Positions 8,759-19,050 of a stretch of 44,815 bases of DNA are shown here, piece by piece. The notes beneath the pieces were generated by a model, which worked only from the letters and a program-made list of their open reading frames with translations, was not told the DNA's origin and did not search any database. Where the stretch lies: positions 1 to 44,815 of the forward strand of contig CAZKAZ010000002.1 of NCBI GenBank assembly GCA_964550765.1, in the 5' to 3' direction. Both the position numbers and the translations under genes were made by a program. The stretch comes from an uncultured bacterium. GTDB lineage: Bacteria > Deinococcota > Deinococci > Deinococcales > Trueperaceae. Numbering within the stretch: the stretch's first letter is position 1; every line of letters begins with the position of its first letter.

Positions 8759-9247
8759 ATGACACCCTCTAATGTAAGCGTTAGATATGACCAATTATTA
8801 GAGTCTGTACTTTTAGGGTTTATCTTTTATCTTTGTGTGATTATTACGTACTACTTTTTGAACCACGATGGCATATTGATTGGTATCCTACCTTCTTCCT
8901 TTGATCGTGCAGTTGGGCTTTTAAACTTCGTCTTCACAATTTTCTTTCTCGTTGCCTCAGCGTTTAACTGCATCTTTCTTAAATTCAAAGATAAACTCAA
9001 CGGGGTTGTTATAGTCTCTGTTGTCGATTCTTTTATTTTTCTATTGTTGATTATATTTTATTTTCAGTACTGGGGGCGTTGGGATTGGACTTACTCTTTA
9101 GGCATTTTTAATTCTTTTGTGCTTGCTATCCCCTTTTGCATATGCCGCGTCATCTTCATCAAGATTTTGCCTTTTGAACGGTCAAAGGAGTTCATAAAGC
9201 TTTATCACATTTCTTTTATCATTTTACTTTTTATTTTTTTGATTTGA
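8759..9247 (+). CDS. hypothetical polytopic membrane protein encoded in AT-rich islet
   Basis: 162 aa from MTPSNVSV with SD AGAGGG 7 nt upstream. There are 5-6 hydrophobic helices rich in F/I/L/Y, and a YFQYWGRWDW motif. Local GC is far below the window average. No recognisable family. Confidence 0.5.
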   Translation: MTPSNVSVRYDQLLESVLLGFIFYLCVIITYYFLNHDGILIGILPSSFDRAVGLLNFVFTIFFLVASAFNCIFLKFKDKLNGVVIVSVVDSFIFLLLIIFYFQYWGRWDWTYSLGIFNSFVLAIPFCICRVIFIKILPFERSKEFIKLYHISFIILLFIFLI

Positions 9248-9288
9248 AGTTTTTGCAGAGTAACCTGCACGCTTTTTTGCTTGGGGCG

Positions 9289-10782
9289 TCAGGCGTGTGT
9301 ATCGCTGGGTTGATTGAGCTTAGGAAACAGGGGGGCGAGTTGTGTGTATGCCTCAAGGAACAGTTGGTACTTGTTTTCGTATTGCGTGTTGGGATGTGGC
9401 TCGAGCCATTCCCCCTTCACATCAAGCCCATAATCCCCCTTGTCCCCTCGCATCACCTGCGCCGCCAACACCGCCCCCATCACCCCACTGTCACTCCCCG
9501 AAGCTTGCAACACTGCCACCCCTGTCACATCCGCCATAAGCTGACACCACGCGCTACTTTGGCTGCCGCCGCCTGTGAGAATCAGCGTGTCTGGCTTGGG
9601 CGATACTAGTGCGGTGAGTGCGTGTTGGTAGGCAAAGATGACGCCCTCGAGCACCGCCCGAAGCATATCCTCCCGCGTGTGAGACGCATTCAAGCCAATA
9701 AAACAGCCCCGCGCCGTCGGGTCACTAAACGGCGAACGTTCCCCGTTTAAGTAGGGCAGATAAATCAATGGTGTGATGGGACGCGTCAGCGCACGGTTGA
9801 TGAGCGTGTCGTAATCGTGCTCGCCAGCTTCGAGGATGCCAGTGAACCACTCGAGGTTTTGTCCTGCCGTCATCAGAGGGGCAATGCAAAGGTATCGGTC
9901 TGGCTGCGGATGGGCAAGGGTGAACACGCCCTGTGTTGGGTTGCCGCGTTGGGTGCTGCTGAACGCCCACCAACCGCTGGTGCCGATGTAACCGTAGGGC
10001 TTGCCGAGGACGCCGCTGCCTGTACCGAGGGTGGTTGCGCCTGCGTCGCCGGGAGCGAGGTAGACGGGTGTGCCTGTGGGTAAATCCAAAAATTCACCGA
10101 TACCTGCCGTGACGCTTCCGACATGCGTACCGCCGGGGACGAGTGTGGGGAGAAGGTCAGCGAGGTGAGGTAAGTCAAGTTGGGTGAACAGGTCTGGCTC
10201 GAGCCACCCCCTACTTTCAATATCCATCAGTCCCGTGGTGCTTGCCGTGGTGGTGTCACTGGCAACTTTGCCTGTGAGTTTGTAGACAATCACATCCGCC
10301 GCCCCAAGTAGGAGCGTGTCCGCTTGGGTGATGCTGTCGGGTTCGTGCTCGAGCAACCACTGCCACTTCGCCAATAAACTGGTGGCGGTTTGTTCGTTGC
10401 CTGTGTGCAACGTAAGGTCGATACCGCGTTCCTGACAGCTTGCTTGCAACTGCTCAGCTTGCCCGACTGCGCGGCTGTCGCTGTACAACATCACCGGACG
10501 AACGGGCGCACCATCCGCCAACAAAATCAGGTCTTGCATCTGGCCTGTGATGGCGATGGCGGTCACTTGTTGCATCCCCGTTTTTTCGCTAGAAGCCGCC
10601 AATACGTTCAGTTCTTGCATGGTCTCGCACGCTGCCAACCACCAGTCTTTGACGTTTTGTTCGACTCTACTGCCGTCAGTGTGGGTGGGATAGTCGCTGC
10701 TGCTGCGAAAGCGAATGGTCAAATCATCATCCAGCAACGCCGCTTTGACGCCGCTGGTACCGATATCAAGCGAAAGCCACAT
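9289..10782 (-). CDS. FGGY-family carbohydrate kinase (xylulokinase/gluconokinase-like)
   Basis: 497 aa with an N-terminal MWLSLDIGTSGVKAAL (FGGY N-domain DxGTxxxK) and a C-terminal GGGSQSSAWCQLMADVTG (FGGY C-domain). It is the last gene of the sugar ABC operon. Confidence 0.8.
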   Translation of the reverse strand: MWLSLDIGTSGVKAALLDDDLTIRFRSSSDYPTHTDGSRVEQNVKDWWLAACETMQELNVLAASSEKTGMQQVTAIAITGQMQDLILLADGAPVRPVMLYSDSRAVGQAEQLQASCQERGIDLTLHTGNEQTATSLLAKWQWLLEHEPDSITQADTLLLGAADVIVYKLTGKVASDTTTASTTGLMDIESRGWLEPDLFTQLDLPHLADLLPTLVPGGTHVGSVTAGIGEFLDLPTGTPVYLAPGDAGATTLGTGSGVLGKPYGYIGTSGWWAFSSTQRGNPTQGVFTLAHPQPDRYLCIAPLMTAGQNLEWFTGILEAGEHDYDTLINRALTRPITPLIYLPYLNGERSPFSDPTARGCFIGLNASHTREDMLRAVLEGVIFAYQHALTALVSPKPDTLILTGGGSQSSAWCQLMADVTGVAVLQASGSDSGVMGAVLAAQVMRGDKGDYGLDVKGEWLEPHPNTQYENKYQLFLEAYTQLAPLFPKLNQPSDTHA

Positions 10783-10793
10783 GACGAACCCCG

Positions 10794-11837
10794 TTAATTC
10801 TGACGGCGACTGAGGCTGCTCGAGGCCACAGCCAGCACAATAATCGCGCCGATGAGCACTTCGCGCACGTAACTGTCAACGTTCATTTGCGTTAGCCCGT
10901 TATCGAGTACACCCAAGACAAGCACGCCAACCAACGTGGCCAGTACATGGGGTTCGCCTTCGTCGCTCATGGTCATCCCCAAAAACACCGCCGCGATGGC
11001 GTCGAGCATTAAGCCAGAACCCTGCGTAGGGTTAGCAGAAGCCACGCGGCTGGCGTACATGAGTCCTGCCAAGGCTGCGCCGAGTCCTGTGAGCACAAAC
11101 GCGATAAGTTGAAAGGTTCGCACGTTGACGCCTGCCAGTTTGGCGGCTTCGGGGTTGCCACCGATGGCGTATAACCTGCGTCCGAAGGTGGTGTGCTCGA
11201 GCACCACCCACACCACTGCCAGCACCACAAGCGCCACAATCGTCAAATTGGGTAATAAGAGCGCCCGCCCGTCCATTTCAGTAAGCGGCAGTCCCCCGCG
11301 TGCAAACTGACTAAAACTACTAGGAATATCCCTTCCAAAAATAGTTTTCCCATCACTGACCAGTAGCGCCGCCCCGTTGAACATGGTGAGCGTCCCCAGC
11401 GTTGCCACGAACGGCAAAATGCCCACAAAACTGACCAAGATACCGTTAAGCAATCCCCCGACGATGCCAACGAGAAGCGCCACACTGACGCCTACCGCCA
11501 CAGGTTGCCCCGCCTGAAAAAGCATGGCCGCGATAATGCCTGCCAAGCTCGCCATCGACCCCACACTCAAATCAAACCCGCCCGTGACCATCACAATGGT
11601 CATGGTGAAGGCAGTGACGGCTAGCATGCTGATTTGTTGGGAGATGTTGAGCCAGTTGCGCCAGGTCATGAAAGTATCGGGCAACTGCATCCAAAAAAAG
11701 CCCACGATGGCAGCAAAACCAAGCAGGGTGCCAAGGCGACGCAAGGTGGTGCGCCAGTCGGGTGTATGGGGGCGTTTGCGGCGACTAGGGGAGAGGGTGT
11801 TCACGGGGACTCCTGGGGTTGGTGGTGTTTGATTCAT
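10794..11837 (-). CDS. sugar ABC transporter permease (RbsC/AraH family)
   Basis: 347 aa with about 10 TM helices and a GG-rich permease core. It sits between the ATPase and kinase genes. Confidence 0.8.
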   Translation of the reverse strand: MNQTPPTPGVPVNTLSPSRRKRPHTPDWRTTLRRLGTLLGFAAIVGFFWMQLPDTFMTWRNWLNISQQISMLAVTAFTMTIVMVTGGFDLSVGSMASLAGIIAAMLFQAGQPVAVGVSVALLVGIVGGLLNGILVSFVGILPFVATLGTLTMFNGAALLVSDGKTIFGRDIPSSFSQFARGGLPLTEMDGRALLLPNLTIVALVVLAVVWVVLEHTTFGRRLYAIGGNPEAAKLAGVNVRTFQLIAFVLTGLGAALAGLMYASRVASANPTQGSGLMLDAIAAVFLGMTMSDEGEPHVLATLVGVLVLGVLDNGLTQMNVDSYVREVLIGAIIVLAVASSSLSRRQN

Positions 11838-11901
11838 ACATGAGTTGTTTATTTAGATAACTTAGCAATGATATTAGTGGTAACTTTAATTACTGACAGG
11901 G

Positions 11902-13461
11902 TCAACGACTGACAGGGTCGGCGTAGCACAACTGTAACAGGCTGTCTTCGGAGAGGTCGCGGGTAGGTTCAAGTGCCGTTTGCGTGCCTTGATTCATCAC
12001 TAGCACCCGCTCACACATGCCGAGCAGTTCGTTGAGATCCGATGACACCATCACCACCGCAATACCGCGACGGCTTTGTTCGCGTAGTAAGCGGTAGATG
12101 TCTTGCTTGGCGGCTACGTCGATGCCGCGTGTGGGTTCATCGAGCAGTAACAGACGCGGGTTTTCAGCTAGCGCCCTGGCAAAGAGGACTTTTTGTTGGT
12201 TGCCACCACTTAACTGGCGGCTTTTTTGGCTGATGGCTCGAGCTTTCAACCTGACATCCTCCCCCAATTGTTGTGACACCCGCTGTTCTTTTGTTGGGTT
12301 TAACCACGTACCAACCCGACTCAACGCCGATAAGTGAGGCAAGGTGATGTTGTCACTGAGACTGCGCCCAAGTAGTAACCCTTGACTGCGGCGTTCTTCG
12401 GGAATGTAAGCAATACCGCGTGACCATGCTTGACTAGGGGCGTTTTTCTTGAGGCGTTGACCGTTCAAAATGACGTCACCTGAACACAAACGGTCAATAC
12501 CAAGTAACAAGCGGAGCACCTCGCTGCGCCCAGAACCAGCTAGGCCTGCGATGCCTAAGATGTCGCCTGCGTTCACAGTGAAGTTGAGATTGGAAACCGG
12601 GTGGCTCGAGCCACCTTTCACCTCCAACACCACTTCATCGCCTACAGGCGCTTGCCTTTCTGGATAATGCTGCTGCACTGCCCGTCCGGTCATCAGTTGG
12701 ATGATGTCGTTTTCAGAGGTATCCGGCACGTTGAGACGCGTGAGGGTGCGGCCATCGCGCATGACGGTAATGGTGTCACAGACTTGAAAAATCTCTTCCA
12801 TGCGGTGTGAGACGTAGAGTACGGCAGCCCCCTGAGCCTTTAGGCGTTCAATAACCGCAAAAAGAGTATCGCACTCGCTGCGGCTAAGGGCGGCGGTGGG
12901 TTCGTCCATGACGTACACTTTGGCAGGTTCGTCAGGTTGATGGTCAGCGAATGCTCGAGCCACGTTCACTAGCATCTTCTCGCCTACGGCTAATCGCCCG
13001 ACGGTTTGCTTGGGTGACAGGTCAATTCCCAAAACGTCCAGTACTTGCTGCGCGGCGCGGTTGAGTTTGCGCCACGACACCAACCCGCCCCGGTTCGGGT
13101 ACGGATGCTGCAAAAACAAATTTTCGGCGACTGATAACGTGGGAACGAGTTGCAGTTCTTGATGAATAAACCGCAGTCCGGCTTGAAAGGCATCTTGGGG
13201 GTTATGAAGCGTCAGGGGCGCACCGTCTAAATTGATGACGCCCCCGTCTGGGCTGACTGCACCAGCTAGAATTTTGATTAAGGTGCTTTTGCCTGCGCCG
13301 TTTTCGCCAACTAACGCGTGCACGCTGCTGGGGTGAAGCTCGAGCGACGCATCTTCTAGTGCCACCGTCGCCCCATACCGCTTGTGTACCTGTGATACCT
13401 GCAACACGGGCGCTGTTTTTGATGATGTCGTTGTTGATGATGCAGGCGTCACGGCAGTCAT
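11902..13461 (-). CDS. sugar ABC transporter ATP-binding protein, duplicated ATPase (RbsA/MglA-like)
   Basis: 519 aa. Two NBDs are present: the first has GENGAGKST, and the second has LSGGNQQKVLFARAL with LLLDEPTRGID. Confidence 0.85.
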   Translation of the reverse strand: MTAVTPASSTTTSSKTAPVLQVSQVHKRYGATVALEDASLELHPSSVHALVGENGAGKSTLIKILAGAVSPDGGVINLDGAPLTLHNPQDAFQAGLRFIHQELQLVPTLSVAENLFLQHPYPNRGGLVSWRKLNRAAQQVLDVLGIDLSPKQTVGRLAVGEKMLVNVARAFADHQPDEPAKVYVMDEPTAALSRSECDTLFAVIERLKAQGAAVLYVSHRMEEIFQVCDTITVMRDGRTLTRLNVPDTSENDIIQLMTGRAVQQHYPERQAPVGDEVVLEVKGGSSHPVSNLNFTVNAGDILGIAGLAGSGRSEVLRLLLGIDRLCSGDVILNGQRLKKNAPSQAWSRGIAYIPEERRSQGLLLGRSLSDNITLPHLSALSRVGTWLNPTKEQRVSQQLGEDVRLKARAISQKSRQLSGGNQQKVLFARALAENPRLLLLDEPTRGIDVAAKQDIYRLLREQSRRGIAVVMVSSDLNELLGMCERVLVMNQGTQTALEPTRDLSEDSLLQLCYADPVSR

Positions 13462-13470
13462 GCTAATGGC

Positions 13471-14394
13471 TTATTCGCTGATGAATTCGCTGACGTTGGC
13501 AGCCGTCACCAAGATGGTGGGTACGTACACCACGGCTTGGTCGATACTTTCGCCGGCCAAATATCGCCCCACAAGTTCGACGGTCGTTGCCCCAATGCCG
13601 TTAAAATCTTGCGCTACCGAGGCTTCAAAGTTGCCGCCTGCGGCAATGGCGTCTACGGCTTGTGGGTTGGCGTCGATGCCAACAATGACGATGCCTTCAT
13701 CACTGCGACCAGCGGCGTCGATGGCTTGTTGTGCGCCCAGAGCGGGTTGATCCCAAGCTGCCCACACAGCGGCAATGCTGCCTGCTTCGGGGTTGGCAGC
13801 GAGGACGGCTTCCATTTGTGCTCTCGAGTCAGCAATACCACCGTCGTTCACATCGGGCGTAATGCGGTCAAGCACGGTGATGTCAGGGTGATTAGCAAAA
13901 ATGGCATCGGCAATCACGCCCCGTTTTTGCACGGGTGGAAAGGGGTCAAACACAAACATCACCACGTTACCTGCGCCATTAATGCGGTCAACCACGTACG
14001 TCGCCGTTTCTGCCGCCATGGCGTAACCGTTGCTAGTGACATTAGTGACGAGTTGCGGGTCACTGCCGGCGTCCATGCCAAAAACGGGCACACCCGCGTC
14101 ACTGGCGACATCTAAGCCCACCACCACTTGCGCGGGGTCTACGTTAATCACAATGGCGTCCACACCCCTGTTCACCACGTCTTCGATGCGGCTGATGACG
14201 GCGGCCACATCGCCAGCGGTGTCAATCACGCTCACGTCCCAACCTTGCTCGCTAGCTGATTCTTCAAAGGCTTCCACCATGAATTGGCTGCCCGGTTGGG
14301 CGAGGTACGGGGTGATGACGGCGACGGATTGCGCCAGGGCGACCCCTGCGAGTAGCAGCAAAAACACGCTTGTGCGTGAAGCAAACTTGACCAT
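13471..14394 (-). CDS. sugar ABC transporter periplasmic substrate-binding protein (RbsB-like)
   Basis: The signal peptide MVKFASRTSVFLLLLAGVALAQS is followed by a periplasmic-binding-protein type-I fold. SD GGAGGA lies 5 nt upstream of ATG at 14394. The track's MEEV extension begins at a TTG inside the SD. Confidence 0.8.
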   Translation of the reverse strand: MVKFASRTSVFLLLLAGVALAQSVAVITPYLAQPGSQFMVEAFEESASEQGWDVSVIDTAGDVAAVISRIEDVVNRGVDAIVINVDPAQVVVGLDVASDAGVPVFGMDAGSDPQLVTNVTSNGYAMAAETATYVVDRINGAGNVVMFVFDPFPPVQKRGVIADAIFANHPDITVLDRITPDVNDGGIADSRAQMEAVLAANPEAGSIAAVWAAWDQPALGAQQAIDAAGRSDEGIVIVGIDANPQAVDAIAAGGNFEASVAQDFNGIGATTVELVGRYLAGESIDQAVVYVPTILVTAANVSEFISE

Positions 14395-14528
14395 AACTTC
14401 CTCCAAAAAATAGGCTTACGAAAGCTTAACATGGTGTGCCTCAACGGTGAACGTGAGCAAGGGCAAAAAAATAACCCCCGCCAGCGCGAGGGTCTGAATT
14501 TGTATAAATAATGTATAACTAAGTAACG

Positions 14529-15860
14529 TTAACCAAACACCGACATCAAAAACGGGTCTTCAACCGTGTCACAAATAAACCGCAAAAAGCGGGCGGCGTC
14601 TGCGCCGTCGATGAGGCGGTGATCATACGTGAGCGATAGGGGGAGCATCATCTTAGGTTCAAAGGTTTCAGTGGCTTTGTTCCAGATGGGCTCAACGCTT
14701 CCCCTTGCTACCCCCAAAATGGCCACTTCGGGCGTGTTGACGATGGGGGTGAAGTTCGTACCACCGATCCCACCCAAGTTGGAGATGCTGAAGTTGCCAC
14801 CTTGCATATCGTCGGGAGATAGTTTGCGGTCTCGAGCTTTTTGAGCAAATTCGCCCAGTTCCACTGACAATTGCACGATGCCCTTGCTGTCAACATTGCG
14901 AATGACCGGTACTAACAAACCTTTGGGGGTGTCTACTGCCACACCGATGTTGATGTAGTGCTTAAAGACGACTTCGTTGTTGTGTACATCTAAGCTAGCG
15001 TTGAATTTAGGAAAACGCTTGAGGGCAGCCGCAACCACTTTGAGTAGCATGGCGGTCGGGGTAATCTTTGCGCCTTCAGCTTCGGCGTGGGGTTGGTACT
15101 TTTTGCGCAGTTTTTCTAGTTGTGTCAAATCCGCTTTATCAAAATTGGTTACCATCGGCACAGTGGACCAAGCCAGTGCCATTTGTTTGACGGTAGCCTT
15201 GCGGATGCCGCTCATGGGTTCGCGCTCAGTTTCACCAAACTTACTAAAGTCGGGCAATGCGGGAATGCTCACGCCGCTGCTTGGTGCGGCTGCTTGACCA
15301 GCAGGTGCTTGGGGGCGGGCAGACCCTGTGTCAGCGTATTGTTTGACGTCTTCAGCGGAGATTCTGCCGAGCACGCCAGACCCTGCGACATCTGCTAAGT
15401 TGACGCCTAATTCCCGTGCCAGTCGCCTTACCGAGGGCGCAGCAGGAATGGTGGATCCGTCACTGTCGCCTGAAGATGATGGTGTGGGGGTACTAGCTGG
15501 GCTAGGTGATGAAGCTGCTTCAGGTTTAGATTCGGCTTTGGTGTCTTGTTTGGGTGCTTCTTGTTTGGGTGCTTCTTGTTTGGGCTGTTCGGGTTCGGAG
15601 GCTGCTTCAGATTCGGCACTACCTGCTTCGTCTAAGGTGACGATGGCTTGGCCGATTTGGGCTTCTTCGTTTTCTTTGACGTGGATTGCTTTGACGACGC
15701 CAGCGGCGCTCGAGGGCACTTCTACGACGGCTTTGTCGGTTTCTAGCTCGAGCAGCGGTTGATCGACTTCGATGCTGTCGCCGACGGAAACGAGAATGCC
15801 GACGACGGTACCCGAATCAATCCCTTCGCCAACTTCGGGGAGTTTGACTTCTGTTGCCAC
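14529..15860 (-). CDS. aceF: dihydrolipoyllysine-residue acetyltransferase, pyruvate dehydrogenase E2
   Basis: There is an N-terminal lipoyl domain (ELETDKAVVEVPS), a PEQPKQEAPKQEAPKQ linker, an E3-binding domain and a C-terminal catalytic domain with DHRLIDGA. Confidence 0.9.
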   Translation of the reverse strand: MATEVKLPEVGEGIDSGTVVGILVSVGDSIEVDQPLLELETDKAVVEVPSSAAGVVKAIHVKENEEAQIGQAIVTLDEAGSAESEAASEPEQPKQEAPKQEAPKQDTKAESKPEAASSPSPASTPTPSSSGDSDGSTIPAAPSVRRLARELGVNLADVAGSGVLGRISAEDVKQYADTGSARPQAPAGQAAAPSSGVSIPALPDFSKFGETEREPMSGIRKATVKQMALAWSTVPMVTNFDKADLTQLEKLRKKYQPHAEAEGAKITPTAMLLKVVAAALKRFPKFNASLDVHNNEVVFKHYINIGVAVDTPKGLLVPVIRNVDSKGIVQLSVELGEFAQKARDRKLSPDDMQGGNFSISNLGGIGGTNFTPIVNTPEVAILGVARGSVEPIWNKATETFEPKMMLPLSLTYDHRLIDGADAARFLRFICDTVEDPFLMSVFG

Positions 15861-15975
15861 AAGGTATCCTTTCGTGTGCTGAACGCTCTTGGGTGATGCT
15901 TATGGAGTTTTTATACTGATGCCAACAAAATACGATTTCAATCCTTACAGAGGGGCGCTTCCATTGACATCTATG

Positions 15976-16019
15976 GCTTTAATTCCGAGTAGCGTGCGCT
16001 TTAATTCCGAGTAGCATGC
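15976..16019. repeat. 22-bp tandem direct repeat x2 (GCTTTAATTCCGAGTAGCGTGC / GCTTTAATTCCGAGTAGCATGC) in aceE-aceF intergenic region
   Basis: Two adjacent copies with a single mismatch. They lie between the aceE stop (16118) and the aceF start (15860). Confidence 0.6.
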
Positions 16020-16117
16020 CTTGGAATGAGCCTTACACAGTGTTTTTATGATGACACAGAACGCGGCTATCGTGTGAAGGTTTACAAAAACGTTCACAAA
16101 AATAGCCGCGTAGGTCT

Positions 16118-18841
16118 CTAGCTGCGGTGGGGATTGGCTTTGTCAGGGTTGATGCCGAGGTCATCAAGGGCTTTTTTCACGGTGTCCATGCTGAGGCGTT
16201 CGCTCTTCTTCTGGCGGCTGCGTTTGCCATCTAAAGCGAGTTCGTACAGGGTGGCTACCGTAATATAGCGGGCATCGACTTCAAAAAAGTCTCTGAGGTC
16301 TTCTCTGGTGCCACTTCTGCCAAAACCATCCGTACCTAGTGCCACGATGGGTTTGGGGACGTGCCGCGCTAAGGCATCTGGCAAAATTTTGAGGTAGTCC
16401 GAAGCCGCCACAAACACGCCGTCTTCATCTTTAAGCAGGTCGTAGATGTAAGGCGTGCGGGGGTCTTCTTCGGGGTGTAAGCGGTTGTGGCGTTCAGTTT
16501 CTAAGGCGTCTTGGTGCAAGGCTTTGTATGAGGTCACGCTCCACACATCTGCTGACACGCCATAGTCCTCGAGCATCGTTTGCGCTTTAAGGACTTCTGG
16601 CATAATCGCACCACTGCCAAACAAGTGCGCTTTGTGTTTGCCATCACTAGCAGCGGGGCGGAACTTGTACAAGCCCCGCAGCACGCCGTCTTTGAGGGCG
16701 TCGCGCTTTAAGTGCTCAGGTTCAGCGGGTTGGGCGTAGTTGTCGTTGCCCACCGTCAAGTAGTAGTAGATGCTCTCTTGTTCTTGATACATGCGGCGCA
16801 TGCCCTCGCGGATGATGATTGCTAACTCAAACGCGAACGAAGGGTCGTAACTGAGCAAGTTGGGAATGCCGTAGTCAAGCACATGGCTGTGGCCGTCTTG
16901 GTGTTGCAAGCCTTCACCCTCGAGCGTGGTACGCCCCGCGGTTGCCCCCAATAAGAAACCCCGTGTGCGCATGTCAGCGGCTGCCCAAGCAAGGTCACCA
17001 ATACGCTGAAAACCAAACATAGAATAAAAGATATAAAACGGAATGGTATTGACGCCATGGCTAGCATAAGCCGTGCCTGCGGCAATAAACGATGCCATTG
17101 AGCCAGCTTCGGTGATGCCTTCTTCGAGGATTTGCCCTTTTTCGTCTTCGCGGTAATAGAGCAAATTTTCTTTGTCGACGGGTTCGTAAAGTTGCCCCAC
17201 AGACGAGAAAATACCAATTTGTCTAAACAGGGCTTCCATCCCAAAGGTGCGGGCTTCGTCAGGAATAATGGGCACGACCAACTTACCCCAGGTTTTATCG
17301 CGCAAAATCTTACCCAAAATGCGCACAAACACCATCGTCGTCGATACTTCACGATCGTCAGTACCCTTGGCAAACTCGTCAAAAAGTTTTTCGTCAGGCG
17401 GCGCTAGGGGTTCGCTCTTAACACGGCGTTCGGGTTGGAAACCGCCTAGCGCTTGGCGGCGTTCGCTGAGATATTTGTACTCGGGGCTGTCTTGGTCGGG
17501 GCGATAGAAGGGATAGTCCGAGATTTCCTCGTCGCTGATGGGCACGCTAAAGCGGTCGCGGAACGCTTTCATGTCTTCTAAGTCCAGTTTTTTCTGCTGG
17601 TGTGCTACGTTCATGGCTTCGCCGGCTTTGCCCATGCCGTAACCTTTGACGGTGCGGGTGAGAATCACCGTTGGTGAGCCTTGGTGATGGAACGCCCGGT
17701 GGTAAGCGGCATACACCTTACGCACGTCGTGACCGCCGCGATTAAGCTTCGAGAGGTCCTCGTCACTCCAGCCTTCAATCAACGCTTTCAGTTCGGGGGA
17801 ATTGAAAAACTGTTCGCGCAATTCCTTGCCACCAAAGGCTGCATAGCGTTGTGATTCGCCGTCGGTAAGTTCTGCAAAACGATCAGCCAAAACGCCTTGG
17901 TCGTCTTTGTGCAGCAGTTTATCCCACTCGCTGCCCCAAGTGACTTTGATAACCTGCCAACCCGCACCGCGAAAAATACCCTCGAGCTCTTGAATAATCT
18001 GTCCGTTGCCATAAACAGGCCCGTCTAAGCGTTGCAAGTTGCAGTTGATGACCCAGATGAGGTTGTCGAGTTTTTCCCGAGCAGCAAACTTAATGGCGCC
18101 TAGCGTCTCGGGTTCGTCAGTTTCGCCATCGCCCAAAAACGCCCATACTTTGCCCGAACCTGCTTCTTTGAGGCCGCGTTTCTCGAGATAAACGTTAAAC
18201 CGTGCCTGATAAATCGACATAATGGGTGCAAGCCCCATCGATACAGTAGGAAACTGCCAAAAATCTGGCATGAGCCACGGGTGGGGGTAACTTGACAAGC
18301 CGCCACCATAGACTTCGCGGCGGAAGTTGCGCAGGTGTTCTTTGTGGATGCGGTGTTCTAGATAGGCTCGAGCGTAAATCCCTGGCGAAGCGTGCCCCTG
18401 ATAATAGACCATATCGGCGTCTACGCCCGCGTCATGACCGCGAAAAAAATGGTTAAGCCCCACGTCATATAAGGTTGCTGCTGAGGCAAACGTGGAAATA
18501 TGCCCACCGACGCCGCTGTTTTTGTTGGCGCGCACCACCATAGCCATGGCGTTCCAGCGCGTGTAGCGGCGAATGCTGCGTTCAATGTCTTCGTCACCCG
18601 GATAGGCGGGTTCTTGATCTGCTGGAATGGTGTTGAGGTACGGCGTCGTGGCGGTAAAGGGAATATCGACCCCTTGGCTGAGCGCGTAAATATCGAGCTT
18701 ATCAAGGACTTCGACGACCCGTTCAGGGCCAGCACTCAGCAGCACATACTCGAGTGACTCGAGCCACTCTTGGGTCTCAATATCGTTTAAGCGTTTGCGT
18801 TTTTCTGGCTCGAGGTTGGTTCGCTCGGCAAGATCGGCCAT
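16118..18841 (-). CDS. aceE: pyruvate dehydrogenase E1 component, homodimeric type
   Basis: 907 aa, collinear with AceE (MADLAERTNLEPEKRKRLNDIETQEWLESLEYVL…). SD AAAGGAG lies upstream of the ATG. Confidence 0.9.
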   Translation of the reverse strand: MADLAERTNLEPEKRKRLNDIETQEWLESLEYVLLSAGPERVVEVLDKLDIYALSQGVDIPFTATTPYLNTIPADQEPAYPGDEDIERSIRRYTRWNAMAMVVRANKNSGVGGHISTFASAATLYDVGLNHFFRGHDAGVDADMVYYQGHASPGIYARAYLEHRIHKEHLRNFRREVYGGGLSSYPHPWLMPDFWQFPTVSMGLAPIMSIYQARFNVYLEKRGLKEAGSGKVWAFLGDGETDEPETLGAIKFAAREKLDNLIWVINCNLQRLDGPVYGNGQIIQELEGIFRGAGWQVIKVTWGSEWDKLLHKDDQGVLADRFAELTDGESQRYAAFGGKELREQFFNSPELKALIEGWSDEDLSKLNRGGHDVRKVYAAYHRAFHHQGSPTVILTRTVKGYGMGKAGEAMNVAHQQKKLDLEDMKAFRDRFSVPISDEEISDYPFYRPDQDSPEYKYLSERRQALGGFQPERRVKSEPLAPPDEKLFDEFAKGTDDREVSTTMVFVRILGKILRDKTWGKLVVPIIPDEARTFGMEALFRQIGIFSSVGQLYEPVDKENLLYYREDEKGQILEEGITEAGSMASFIAAGTAYASHGVNTIPFYIFYSMFGFQRIGDLAWAAADMRTRGFLLGATAGRTTLEGEGLQHQDGHSHVLDYGIPNLLSYDPSFAFELAIIIREGMRRMYQEQESIYYYLTVGNDNYAQPAEPEHLKRDALKDGVLRGLYKFRPAASDGKHKAHLFGSGAIMPEVLKAQTMLEDYGVSADVWSVTSYKALHQDALETERHNRLHPEEDPRTPYIYDLLKDEDGVFVAASDYLKILPDALARHVPKPIVALGTDGFGRSGTREDLRDFFEVDARYITVATLYELALDGKRSRQKKSERLSMDTVKKALDDLGINPDKANPHRS

Positions 18842-18989
18842 ATAAGGCTCCTTTCAGTTGATGTTAGCTAATGTTTGAAAGTAAGTATATCTAATTTTAA
18901 TATATCTAAACTACCATTTAATTCATCGTACGCATCAAGACGCCAATGACCCTAAATATCCAGAAAATATGTGGGCACTATTCTGGCAC

Positions 18990-19050
18990 TACTTTGTGCG
19001 GGACGCGGCACGGGACGCTGCACAGGACGTTTCACAGGACATTGCGCGCG
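18990..19050. repeat. Four imperfect tandem copies of an 11-12-bp unit (GCGGGACGCG / GCACGGGACGCT / GCACAGGACGTT / TCACAGGACATT)
   Basis: Read directly from the sequence, inside the 1.1-kb leader upstream of the giant-protein operon. Confidence 0.45.

Noticed and set aside
9244-9609. 121-aa plus-strand ORF
   Set aside because: It is antisense to the C-terminal part of the FGGY kinase gene, His/Pro-rich, and has no RBS.
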